Shown here: positions 20,769-30,673 of the stretch, piece after piece
Position numbering within the stretch: position 1 is the stretch's first letter
Layout of the letters: each line of letters begins with the position of its first letter
Origin: Clostridia bacterium
GTDB taxonomy: Bacteria; Bacillota; Clostridia; RGIG6154
DNA length: 64,000 bases
Direction of reading: 5' to 3'
NCBI GenBank assembly: GCA_045605445.1
Contig: JAZUPZ010000021.1
Coordinates: 31,288 to 95,287 of the forward strand
Program-made: the position numbers and the translations under genes
The notes under the pieces: model-generated
The model's input: only the letters and a program-made list of their open reading frames with translations
Told to the model about the DNA's origin: nothing
The model's database searches: none

Positions 20769-22001
20769 ATGGATAAGAATTTTGAACTATTATTAAATCT
20801 GTATTCTCATGCTGTTAATGGTAGTGAGCCTGATTTTAAAAGCACCTTTGATTTTGAAAAAGTAGTCAGGTATGCTGATAATCAGGGGATTCTTTCAATG
20901 ATAATGCCTGTGTTGAAAAAAGTTCCGTTTTTTTCTGAAACAGAGGATTTCAAATCACTGTACAAGAAATATCTTGTTGCCGTAATGAATAATTCTGCCA
21001 AAACAGAAAAATTAAATTCAATTCTCAATGCTTTTTCTGATAACGGTATAAATTATTGCATATTAAAAGGAACGAGTCTTGCAAGGCTTTATGCTGTTCC
21101 CGAAACAAGAATATCCGGAGATACTGACATTCTTGTAAATGAATGCGATGAAAGCAAAGCACTTTTAATTCTGTCAGAAAACGGATTTTCGATAAATTAC
21201 AGAACTCAGGCGTCAAATCATAATGTTTGTAACCATCCTCAGCTTGGCTGTGTGGAGTTGCATGTAAAACTTTATTATGATTTTATGGAGGATGTGTGGT
21301 TTGACAATATAGTTTCTCTACAAGAACCTTTTATGGAAAACGAAGGAATTAAAACTCTTGGGTATACTGATGGATATCTTTATGTATTTCTTCATGCATT
21401 GAAACACTTTATTTCCGGTGGGCTTTCTCTAAGACACTTTTCTGACATTCTTTTGTATGCAAAAGAATATAAAAATAAAATCAATTTTAAGAGAACAGAT
21501 GAAATAATAAAAAAACTGAAGTACAAAACCTTTGAGGATTTGGTTTATACGGTTGGTGATGTATATCTTGATATGCACGGAATTAAAGAATACGAAAAGT
21601 GTGATACTGAAATAATTAAAGAAGTATTTTCTGATATGCTTAAAGGTGGTATTTTTGGTAAAAATGACAGAGAAAGAGCGCGTTTTTTTGAAATATATAA
21701 TGAACAACGATTTTCTGTATTTAAAGATGAAGATTTTAATAATTATATGACAAAATGGAGAAGAAAGAATGCAGGGAAAGTTGTTTCTTTCTCAAAAGAA
21801 AATATAACGAAAAGATACCCCTATGCAAAGAAAAATTTATTCTGTTATGTTGGAGCTGTAGCCGAACATTTGGTTTTTATACTGAAGAAGGGATTTAAAC
21901 GTAAAAAAATTGTCAAGGATGTCATTTCGTATAGAACCCCTGAACTGAGCCCTTCCGGGGAAAAGCGACTTGAACTTTTTAAAAAAATGAATATGATATA
22001 A
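20769..22001 (+). CDS. uncharacterised nucleotidyltransferase family protein (NTP_transf_5-like)
   Basis: LKGTSLARLY.VPETRISGDTDILV, VELH, HALKH, LRHFSDI; AGGAGGTG RBS. Confidence 0.75.
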   Translation: MDKNFELLLNLYSHAVNGSEPDFKSTFDFEKVVRYADNQGILSMIMPVLKKVPFFSETEDFKSLYKKYLVAVMNNSAKTEKLNSILNAFSDNGINYCILKGTSLARLYAVPETRISGDTDILVNECDESKALLILSENGFSINYRTQASNHNVCNHPQLGCVELHVKLYYDFMEDVWFDNIVSLQEPFMENEGIKTLGYTDGYLYVFLHALKHFISGGLSLRHFSDILLYAKEYKNKINFKRTDEIIKKLKYKTFEDLVYTVGDVYLDMHGIKEYEKCDTEIIKEVFSDMLKGGIFGKNDRERARFFEIYNEQRFSVFKDEDFNNYMTKWRRKNAGKVVSFSKENITKRYPYAKKNLFCYVGAVAEHLVFILKKGFKRKKIVKDVISYRTPELSPSGEKRLELFKKMNMI

Positions 22002-22029
22002 AAAGCATTCTCGTCTGAGAATGCTTTTT
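22000..22029. terminator. bidirectional terminator
   Basis: AAAAGCATTCTC-GTCT-GAGAATGCTTTT between convergent genes. Confidence 0.9.
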
Positions 22030-22031
22030 AA

Positions 22032-22265
22032 TTACTTGTGTTCTTTAATCCATGTTTTTGCTTCAGCATCTGTGCAAGGAAGAATTGTTTCTTCCGCATA
22101 TTTGCTTTCGCTTCCACCAAGTCCGTAAATGAACCAATCGCCTTTCTTTGTTTTGAAAAGCTTTTCTTCGTATCCGTCTGCCTGACCGAATACTCCGAAA
22201 CAATAATGTCCTTCCAATGCTGCTGTTTCTGTGTTGTATGTTTTTTTCTTGATGATTTTTTTCAT
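22032..22265 (-). CDS. 77-aa hypothetical protein
   Basis: AGGAGGT RBS; MKKIIKKKTYNTETA...EKLFKTKKGDWFIYGLGG; own promoter and terminator. Confidence 0.85.
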   Translation of the reverse strand: MKKIIKKKTYNTETAALEGHYCFGVFGQADGYEEKLFKTKKGDWFIYGLGGSESKYAEETILPCTDAEAKTWIKEHK

Positions 22266-22306
22266 TTTATTACCTCCTATAATTAATAAAAAAACTGTCG
22301 GAATGC

Positions 22307-22335
22307 ATTTTACCATATTATAAAAGAATTGTCAA
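22307..22335 (-). promoter_or_regulatory. sigma-A promoter, extended -10
   Basis: Minus strand TTGACA-17-TAAAAT with TG. Confidence 0.8.
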
Positions 22336-22465
22336 TAAAAACTCAGTTGTAAAATATATGAAATAAAATTCAAAAAAACCTTTATATTTCGCGTGTTTTG
22401 TGATATAATATTCTAAATATGTAAAAATTGATTTAGTTTTTTCAATGATATATGAGGTGAATATA

Positions 22466-25198
22466 ATGGGTATAATTCAAAAACTGTTCGGTTCGTACAG
22501 TGAACGCGAGTTAAAACGAATAACTCCGATTCTTGATCGTGTTCTGGCACTGGAAGAAGAATATGCCAAACTTAGTGATAAACAGCTTAGGGAAAAAACT
22601 GATGAATTCAGAAAAAGATACAAAGACGGTGAATCGCTTGACGATCTTATGCCGGAGGCTTTTGCTACTGTAAGAGAAGCTTCCTGGAGGGTACTTTCAA
22701 TGAAACACTTCCCGGTTCAGATTATCGGTGGTATTGTTCTTCATCAGGGAAGAATTGCCGAAATGAAAACCGGTGAGGGAAAAACCCTTGTTGCCACTTT
22801 GCCTGCATATCTTAATGCAATTTCAGGTGAGGGGGTTCATATTGTTACTGTTAACGATTATCTTGCAAAACGTGACAGTGAGTGGATGGGAAAATTGTAT
22901 AATTTTCTTGGTGTTTCAGTTGGCCTTGTTATACACGAGGTTCAGGATTTTCAGAGAAGAGAAGCTTATAAAGCTGATATAACATATGGAACCAATAATG
23001 AATTCGGTTTTGACTATCTTCGTGACAATATGGTTATCTACAAGGAACAGATGGTACAGAGAGGACATAACTTTGCAATTGTTGATGAAGTAGACTCAAT
23101 TCTTATTGACGAGGCAAGAACTCCTCTTATTATTTCCGGTATGGGCGATGAATCAACGAAACTCTATGAGTTGGCTGATAAGTTCGCCAAAGGGCTTACC
23201 AAAAAAGTTGTAAAAGAGGAAGATACAAAATCTTTTGACGACAGTACAGGGGCAGATTATGTTATTGATGAAAAGGCAAAAACAGTAACACTTACTCCTC
23301 AGGGAATTGAGAAAGCCGAAAAAGCATTTAACATTGAGAACCTTTCTGATCCGGAAAATATGACAATTTCTCATCACATAAATCAGGCGCTTCGTGCAAA
23401 CGGAATAATGAAGCTTGATAAAGATTATATTGTTTCCGGAGAAGGTGAAGTTCTTATTGTAGATGAATTTACCGGGCGTATAATGCCGGGAAGAAGATAT
23501 TCCGATGGGTTGCATCAGGCTATTGAGGCAAAGGAAAATGTTTCTGTTCAGAGAGAAAGTAAAACCCTTGCTACTATAACCTTCCAGAATTACTTCAGAA
23601 TGTATAAAAAGCTTTCGGGTATGACCGGTACTGCGCTTACTGAAGAAAAAGAGTTTCAGGATATATATAAAATCGACGTTATTGAGATACCAACAAACAA
23701 GCCATTGGCGAGAAAAGATCTTGATGACGTGATATATAAAACCGAAGCAGGCAAGCTTAATGCTGTGGTAAGACAAATTAAACAGTGTTATGAAAAACAA
23801 CAGCCTGTACTTGTGGGAACTATTTCTATTGAAAAATCAGAAGAGCTTTCCAAGTTGCTTAAGAAAAACGGAGTTCCTCATAATGTGCTCAATGCAAAGC
23901 ATCATGCGAGAGAAGCAGAGATAATTGCCCAGGCCGGAAAAAAAGGCATGGTAACGATTGCAACAAATATGGCCGGTCGAGGCACCGATATAATGCTTGG
24001 CGGTAATGCGGAATTTCTTGCTAAAAAAGAAATGGCAAAAAACGGCTACTCGGAAGAAATGATTTTTGAAGCTACAAGCTACGGCGATACAGATAATGAG
24101 GATATTATCGAAGCGAGAAAGAAATACAACGAGCTGCTTGATAAATACAAGAAAGAAATAGAACCTCAGCACGATGAAGTAGTATCTCTTGGCGGACTTT
24201 TCATAATTGGTACAGAAAGGCACGAAAGCAGAAGAATTGACAACCAGCTGAGAGGACGTGCAGGAAGACAGGGCGACCCGGGAGTTTCAAAATTTTTCAT
24301 AGCTATGGAAGACGATATTATGAGACTTTTCGGTTCGGAAAAATATATGGGTTTAGTCGACAAAATAGGCTTTGACGAAAATATGCCCCTTGAAACAAAA
24401 ATGCTTTCAGGAGCCATTGAAAGAGCACAAAAAAGTGTAGAAGACAGAAATTTTGATGCGAGAAAACACGTGCTTCAGTATGATGATGTTATGAATGCCC
24501 AGCGTGAGCTTATATATAAGCAAAGAAGAGAAGTAATCGAGGGTGTTGATATAAGTCATAATATAGAAAATATGATTGAAACTATGGTAGAGTATACCGT
24601 GGCAAAATATACTGCTGACGGACCGTATCCTGATGATTGGAATCTTGAAGGGCTTATAAAAGAGTGCGAAGGGATATTCCTTAAGACAGGTGAGTTGTCG
24701 TTTTCCTATGATGATATGCAGACAATGACTCTTGATAGTCTTAATGAACTTCTTAAAGAAAAGGCTCTTGCATATCATAAAGAAAAAGAAGAAGAGTTTG
24801 GCGCAGAAGTAATGCGCGAAATTGAAAGAGTTATAATGCTTCGTGTTGTTGATACAAAATGGATGGATCACATAGATGAAATGGATCAGCTTAAACACGG
24901 TATTTGGTTAAGGTCATACGGACAGAAGGATCCTGCAATTGAATATAAAACTGTAGGCTCTGATATGTTTGATGAAATGATAGAAAATATAAAGGTCGAT
25001 GTGGGCAAATATGTGCTTACAGCAAAGGTTGGAAATCAGCAACGTAAAGAGGTTCTTAAGCCTGTAACCGAGTCAAGGGAAAATCCTGGGGATAAACCGA
25101 AACAAAGTACACAAAGAATTGTGACTAACAAGGTTGGAAGAAATGACCCTTGTCCTTGCGGTTCAGGACTTAAATACAAAAAATGTTGTGGAAAATAA
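22466..25198 (+). CDS. secA: preprotein translocase subunit SecA
   Basis: [33 protein letters not shown]-terminal [18 protein letters not shown]. Confidence 0.99.
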   Translation: MGIIQKLFGSYSERELKRITPILDRVLALEEEYAKLSDKQLREKTDEFRKRYKDGESLDDLMPEAFATVREASWRVLSMKHFPVQIIGGIVLHQGRIAEMKTGEGKTLVATLPAYLNAISGEGVHIVTVNDYLAKRDSEWMGKLYNFLGVSVGLVIHEVQDFQRREAYKADITYGTNNEFGFDYLRDNMVIYKEQMVQRGHNFAIVDEVDSILIDEARTPLIISGMGDESTKLYELADKFAKGLTKKVVKEEDTKSFDDSTGADYVIDEKAKTVTLTPQGIEKAEKAFNIENLSDPENMTISHHINQALRANGIMKLDKDYIVSGEGEVLIVDEFTGRIMPGRRYSDGLHQAIEAKENVSVQRESKTLATITFQNYFRMYKKLSGMTGTALTEEKEFQDIYKIDVIEIPTNKPLARKDLDDVIYKTEAGKLNAVVRQIKQCYEKQQPVLVGTISIEKSEELSKLLKKNGVPHNVLNAKHHAREAEIIAQAGKKGMVTIATNMAGRGTDIMLGGNAEFLAKKEMAKNGYSEEMIFEATSYGDTDNEDIIEARKKYNELLDKYKKEIEPQHDEVVSLGGLFIIGTERHESRRIDNQLRGRAGRQGDPGVSKFFIAMEDDIMRLFGSEKYMGLVDKIGFDENMPLETKMLSGAIERAQKSVEDRNFDARKHVLQYDDVMNAQRELIYKQRREVIEGVDISHNIENMIETMVEYTVAKYTADGPYPDDWNLEGLIKECEGIFLKTGELSFSYDDMQTMTLDSLNELLKEKALAYHKEKEEEFGAEVMREIERVIMLRVVDTKWMDHIDEMDQLKHGIWLRSYGQKDPAIEYKTVGSDMFDEMIENIKVDVGKYVLTAKVGNQQRKEVLKPVTESRENPGDKPKQSTQRIVTNKVGRNDPCPCGSGLKYKKCCGK

Positions 25199-25219
25199 TA
25201 TTAAAAAGGTTGTGATAAA

Positions 25220-26327
25220 ATGATCGAGTTTGAAGAAATAAGATTGTCGCTTGAAGGAATGAAGAGCGGGATGGAAGAATTGAGGGATTCACTTTAACAT
25301 CGCTGAAACCGAACAAAAAATAAAAGAACTTGAAAAAGATACAATGGAAAACGGTTTCTGGGATGATATTGAAAATTCGCAGAAGGTTCTTCAGAAAATT
25401 AAACAGTTAAAAGCAAAATGCGAACGATATGAAACTTTGTGTTCAGATTGGGAAGATGCACTAACTCTTGTTGAACTTGCAGATGAAGAAGAGGATCTTT
25501 CGCTTTTACCTGAAGTTAAGGAATCTTATAAGGTTCTTTCCGAGGAACTTGAAAAAATGACACTTGAAACTCTGCTTTCGGGGGAATACGATAAGAATAA
25601 TGCAATTCTTACCCTTCATTCGGGAGCGGGCGGAACAGAATCTCAGGATTGGACAGAAATGTTGTACAGAATGTATACAAGATGGGCAGAAAGAAGAGGT
25701 TATACAGTTAATACGCTTGATTTTCTCGATGGTGATGAAGCGGGCTTGAAAAGTGTAACATTCCAGCTTATTGGCGAAAATGCTTATGGTTATGCCAAAG
25801 GCGAAAAAGGTGTTCACAGACTTGTTCGAATTTCTCCTTTTGATTCTGCAGGAAGAAGACATACTTCTTTTGCGAGTCTTGAAGTTATGCCGGAAATTGA
25901 AGACGATACCACTGTTGTAATAAACCCGGAAGATCTTCGTGTTGATACCTACCGTGCAAGCGGTGCCGGCGGTCAGCATATCAATAAAACCGATTCTGCA
26001 ATCAGAATAACCCATATTCCGACAGGTGTGGTAGTTTCGTGTCAGAGCGAACGTTCTCAGCATAAAAACAGAGATACGGCAATGAAAATGCTTAAGTCAA
26101 AGCTTGCTGAAATTCTCGAAAGAGAGCAAAAGGAAAAAATTGATGACATAAAAGGCGAACAGAAGGATATTGCATGGGGAAGTCAGATAAGATCTTATGT
26201 TTTCCATCCGTACAATATGGTTAAAGACCATAGAACCAATTTTGAGGTTGGCAATATAAATGCTGTAATGGATGGTGATCTTGACGGATTTATAAATGCT
26301 TATCTTAAAATGATGACTTCTAAGTAA
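25220..26327 (+). CDS. prfB: peptide chain release factor 2 with programmed +1 frameshift (about 368 aa)
   Basis: 25 codons MIEFEE...LRDSL, then CTT TAA C (25292-25298); the +1 frame continues NIAETEQ into the ORF at 25344; SPF and GGQ motifs; follows secA. Confidence 0.95.
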
Positions 26328-26344
26328 CCGGAGGAAAAACTAAT

Positions 26345-27415
26345 ATGATAGAAAAACTTGAAGATATTTATAAAAGATATCTTGAAATATCAAAACAGAT
26401 GACAGATCCGGATATTATAAGCAATCAGGAAAAAATGACAAAGCTTTACAAAGATAATGCTGAAATATCTCCTATCGTTGAAAAATATCTGGAATACAAA
26501 AAATGTGTTGAAAATATCGAAGAGGCTGAAATTATGCTTTCTGATAATCCGGAACCTGAATTTAAAGAAATGCTTGAAATGGAAATTCAGGAATCAAAGG
26601 AAAAAATGGAAATTTTCAATGAAGAATTGAAGGTTTTGCTTCTTCCTAAAAATCCTGACGATGAAAAAAACGTAATAATAGAAATACGTGCCGGAACGGG
26701 TGGAGAAGAAGCAGCTTTGTTTGCTGCAGATCTTATGAGAATGTATTCTATGTATGCAGAAAAACAAAGATGGAAAATTGATGTTCTTAACTCAAATGCT
26801 ACCAATATTGGCGGTTATAAGGAAGTAAGCTTTTCGGTTGAAGGTAAAGGGGCTTATTCAAAGCTTAAGTTCGAAAGCGGAGCTCACCGTGTTCAAAGGG
26901 TTCCTACAACAGAATCTCAGGGCAGAATTCAGACTTCTGCGGCAACTGTTGCCGTATTACCTGAAGTTGAAGAGGTTGAGGTTGATATTAACCAGAACGA
27001 TTTGAGAATTGATGTTTTCAGAGCCGGTGGTCCCGGAGGACAGTGTGTTAATACAACTGATTCTGCTGTAAGAATAACACATATTCCGACAGGTCTGGTT
27101 GTTTCCTGTCAGGATGAAAAGTCGCAGCATAAGAACAAAGACAAAGCTATGAAGATTCTCAGATCAAGATTGTTTGAACTTATCCAGGAACAACAGCATA
27201 GCGAAATAGCAAGCCAGAGAAAAAGTCAGGTTGGTTCCGGTGACAGAAGTGAAAGAATAAGAACGTATAATTTCCCTCAGGGAAGAGTAACCGACCATAG
27301 AATCGGACTTACTCTTCATAAGCTTGATGCGGTTTTGAACGGAGATCTCGATGATTTGATAAATGCTCTCGTGACTGCTGATCAGGCTGAAAGATTAAAG
27401 CAGACTCAGGAATAA
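26345..27415 (+). CDS. prfA: peptide chain release factor 1
   Basis: RVPTTES (PxT), [19 protein letters not shown]; GGAGG RBS. Confidence 0.98.
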   Translation: MIEKLEDIYKRYLEISKQMTDPDIISNQEKMTKLYKDNAEISPIVEKYLEYKKCVENIEEAEIMLSDNPEPEFKEMLEMEIQESKEKMEIFNEELKVLLLPKNPDDEKNVIIEIRAGTGGEEAALFAADLMRMYSMYAEKQRWKIDVLNSNATNIGGYKEVSFSVEGKGAYSKLKFESGAHRVQRVPTTESQGRIQTSAATVAVLPEVEEVEVDINQNDLRIDVFRAGGPGGQCVNTTDSAVRITHIPTGLVVSCQDEKSQHKNKDKAMKILRSRLFELIQEQQHSEIASQRKSQVGSGDRSERIRTYNFPQGRVTDHRIGLTLHKLDAVLNGDLDDLINALVTADQAERLKQTQE

Positions 27416-27425
27416 GGAGATTTCA

Positions 27426-28817
27426 ATGAATAAATTAAGCAAAAAGAATTTAGTTGTCGCTACGGCAGTTTTGGTTGCTGTAATTATGATTGTTTCACTT
27501 TTTGTTTTGAAGATTGGTGTCAGCGATAATGGGATGCAGTATAAACTTCTTGAAAAGTTGGGACTGTATGACGTGTATCAGACTACGGGAACAGGATATT
27601 ATTCAAAAGGATTTGGCGTTGCAAATAAAAATTTTTCAGGAACAACATACGGACTTGTTTATGATTTGTCCAAACAGCTTTACGAAACAGATAAAGTTGT
27701 TCCTGTTGCAGTTCCGGCGATACTGTATGCTATAATACTTATTTGCTCGGCAGCTCTTACGATTTTTTCTTTGTACTCGGAAAAATTCAAAAAAATGAAC
27801 TTAACAGCAAGCTTGTTGTACGCTGTGATTTTCTTTGACAGTGCATATGTTGCATATTTGAATACTCCATATAAAAATGCGGCATTTTTTGTGTTTCTGA
27901 TGGCTACGATTGCAATGTTCGTTTATTCAGTTAAAACACAAAAAATATTGTCTGTTATATTATATGGTCTTTTTGCCTGTCTTTTTGCAGGAACAACGAC
28001 AATTGCAGCAGTTACGGCGATAATTGTTGGCGCTTATTCTTTCAGATTGATGTTTTTGAAGAAAGAAAATATTTGGAGAATTGTTTGTCTGATTATGAGC
28101 GCAGTTATCGTGATTTTCGGTGTGTTTTCTACAGGTGTTGATGTAGGTGACGCTTACGACTCTGTTTTTTACGGAGCTGCTTTTGAAAATCCCAATGCAG
28201 TTGCAGAACTTGGACTAAACAGCGCACTTGCTGAATTTAACGGAGTACCCTCGTTTGATGTTAAGGCTCAGAAATTCATAAATTCTCCTGAGTACGAAAA
28301 AGAATTCAGATCAAAGGTTTCGGTTGGCGACGTTGCGGGATATTATTTTAAAAATATTCCACAATTATACAAAGGACTTAAAAAAGTAGGATATAATTCA
28401 ACTGCAATCAGGACCTCATATCTTGGAGGATTTACTCCCGATACGGGAAAAGGTAATTCAAATACTAATTTCTTTACACTCTACAGTTTTGTTAAATTAA
28501 AAGCAGTGCCGGGATCTGTTGTTTTCTTTATGCTTGTTCTGCTGGCTTTAATCGGAGTTTCTTTTGTGTACAGAAATAATTATGCAAAGAACACATTTGG
28601 TAAGATTGTTTCAGAGTTCTGTGCAGTTTTTGCCCTGTGTACAATGGCAGTTTATCCTATTCCTTATGTTTTAAACGGAATTACTCAGATAGGGTTCAAT
28701 ATGTTTGGCTTTAATCTTATGTTTGATATATGTATTTATATGTTGATATTAAGTACAATAAATCTTCTGGCAACAAAGAAGAGTGTTTTAAAAGAAAAAT
28801 ATGGAGTAAATCAGTAA
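27426..28817 (+). CDS. multi-pass membrane protein (possible WsfD-like glycosylation protein)
   Basis: About 10 hydrophobic segments; GVSDNG, AYLNTPY and SVFYG resemble, from memory, WsfD-type proteins. Confidence 0.6.
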   Translation: MNKLSKKNLVVATAVLVAVIMIVSLFVLKIGVSDNGMQYKLLEKLGLYDVYQTTGTGYYSKGFGVANKNFSGTTYGLVYDLSKQLYETDKVVPVAVPAILYAIILICSAALTIFSLYSEKFKKMNLTASLLYAVIFFDSAYVAYLNTPYKNAAFFVFLMATIAMFVYSVKTQKILSVILYGLFACLFAGTTTIAAVTAIIVGAYSFRLMFLKKENIWRIVCLIMSAVIVIFGVFSTGVDVGDAYDSVFYGAAFENPNAVAELGLNSALAEFNGVPSFDVKAQKFINSPEYEKEFRSKVSVGDVAGYYFKNIPQLYKGLKKVGYNSTAIRTSYLGGFTPDTGKGNSNTNFFTLYSFVKLKAVPGSVVFFMLVLLALIGVSFVYRNNYAKNTFGKIVSEFCAVFALCTMAVYPIPYVLNGITQIGFNMFGFNLMFDICIYMLILSTINLLATKKSVLKEKYGVNQ

Positions 28818-29432
28818 ATGAAAGAAACAGATTACGCTAAATTAAGCGATAATGAACTTGTAGAACTTGCAAATTCGGGCAATGATGATGCTATGGAAGT
28901 TCTTATAAACAATTATAAGAATTTCGTCAGAGCAAAAACAAGAGCTTATTTCCTTATTGGTGCAGACAGAGATGACATTATACAGGAAGGTATGCTTGGA
29001 TTGTTTAAAGCTATAAGAGATTACAAACCTGATAAAAAAAGTTCGTTCAGGTCATTTGCCGACCTATGTGTTACCAGACAGATAATAACAGCAATAAAAA
29101 CGGCGACCCGACAGAAACATTCGCCGCTCAATACATATGTTTCTCTTAACAAACCTGCCTTTAATGATGAGAATGAGAGAATGCTTATTGAAATGATCAA
29201 CAACAAGGATAACGTAAATCCTGAAGATATACTGATAGACAGGGAAACTTTTGGTATAACTGATGAAAAAATCAGAACATGCCTGAGCAATTTTGAAAAT
29301 ACTGTTTTTGAATTCTTTATCGACGGAGCGACCTATCAGGAAATTGCAACACGTCTCGGTAAAAGTCCGAAAAGCATAGATAATGCCCTTCAGAGAATAA
29401 AAAAGAAGATTCAGAAGTGCTTGAAACAATGA
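28818..29432 (+). CDS. sigH: RNA polymerase sigma factor SigH
   Basis: YFLIGADRDDIIQEGMLGLFKAIRDY, TRQKHSPLNTYVSL, KSIDNALQRIK. Confidence 0.95.
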   Translation: MKETDYAKLSDNELVELANSGNDDAMEVLINNYKNFVRAKTRAYFLIGADRDDIIQEGMLGLFKAIRDYKPDKKSSFRSFADLCVTRQIITAIKTATRQKHSPLNTYVSLNKPAFNDENERMLIEMINNKDNVNPEDILIDRETFGITDEKIRTCLSNFENTVFEFFIDGATYQEIATRLGKSPKSIDNALQRIKKKIQKCLKQ

Positions 29433-29860
29433 AAATATATGTAGATGCTGATGCATGCCCGGTAAAAAACATTATAGTTTCTGAGGCTGAAAAAAGAAAT
29501 ATTGAAGTGATAATGGTTTGTGATACATCACATATTTTAAACGACGGTTTCAGCAGGGTTGTTACCGTTGATAAAGAGGCAAACAGCGCTGATATGGTTC
29601 TTGTAAATATGGTTAATAAAAATGATATTGTGGTAACTCAGGATTTTGGTGTTGCTGCTATGGCTTTGTCAAAGAAAGCATCTGTAATTAACCAGAATGG
29701 CCTTGTTTACAGTAATGAAAATATGGACAGACTGTTGTTTGAACGTTTTCTTGCGGCAAAGTCAAGAAGAGCAGGAAACAGAACTAAAAATTCCGGAAAA
29801 AGAACCGAACAGGACAACGAAAATTTTAAGAAGAGTTTTCTGAAACTTTTAGAAAGGTGA
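29429..29860 (+). CDS. YaiI/YqxD family protein
   Basis: MKIYVDADACPVK, DIVVTQDFGVAAMAL; ATGA overlap with sigH stop. Confidence 0.9.
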   Translation: MKIYVDADACPVKNIIVSEAEKRNIEVIMVCDTSHILNDGFSRVVTVDKEANSADMVLVNMVNKNDIVVTQDFGVAAMALSKKASVINQNGLVYSNENMDRLLFERFLAAKSRRAGNRTKNSGKRTEQDNENFKKSFLKLLER

Positions 29861-29866
29861 AGAAAA

Positions 29867-30673
29867 ATGGCAAAATTATTTAAGTTTCTTGATGTGACCA
29901 GACCGGGAAAGGGTGTGGAAAAAGGTCAGGAACAAAAAATTGGATTTAAGAATTTTATTGAGCTTTATTTCAGAAAGCTTGGACAATATTGGACATTGAA
30001 CCTTATAACGTTGATTTTCAGTATACCCGTACTTATTATGATACTTTTATACAGAGAGAATATGTTTGCCTCAGAGGTTCTTGTGGCAGAAAGCAGAGCA
30101 ACATATTTTTACGAAATAATAACAACGTGTTATTATGCAGTAATAGGGTTTCAAATTACTATGCCCGGACTTGTATATGTTGTTACAAGATTTTCCAATG
30201 AAAAACATGCCTGGGTTTTTGCAGATTATATTAAGTATATAAAGAAAAATATAAAGCAGTCGATAAAACTTCTGATTTTTGATATTGTTGTTATGATAGC
30301 TCTGTTTTATCTTATAAACATATATAATCTGATAATTCCGAAAAATCCCCTTACATTTGTTTCCAGATCCATACTGTATGCTTGTTGTGTAGTGTTTTAC
30401 ATTATGCATTTTTATATTTATCAACTTATGGTATTTTATGATATGAAATTTGGAGAAATAATAAAAAAGGCAGTTTTCTTTACATTTGCGTTTTTACCGA
30501 GAAATATCATTGCAACTTTAATAACTGCCGGTATAGCTGCAGCTTGTTTCAGCGTTAATACAGCCATAGGCTCTATATTGTTTGCATTTACAATTCCGGT
30601 AATTATGACATTTCTTGTAAATTATGTAGCTGCACAGCCAATCAATAAATTTTTACCGAGGGAAGAGAATTAA
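29867..30673 (+). CDS. DUF624/YesL-like membrane protein
   Basis: GKGVEK...F.ELYFRK, hydrophobic segments, NFKQS-like KNIKQS. Confidence 0.65.
   Translation: MAKLFKFLDVTRPGKGVEKGQEQKIGFKNFIELYFRKLGQYWTLNLITLIFSIPVLIMILLYRENMFASEVLVAESRATYFYEIITTCYYAVIGFQITMPGLVYVVTRFSNEKHAWVFADYIKYIKKNIKQSIKLLIFDIVVMIALFYLINIYNLIIPKNPLTFVSRSILYACCVVFYIMHFYIYQLMVFYDMKFGEIIKKAVFFTFAFLPRNIIATLITAGIAAACFSVNTAIGSILFAFTIPVIMTFLVNYVAAQPINKFLPREEN

Noticed and set aside
25292-25298. UGA reassignment as the reason for the UAA frameshift site
   Set aside because: TGA ends clear genes here (slt, sigH, yaiI, uxaA, uxaC, NUDIX), and RF2 has intact SPF and GGQ motifs
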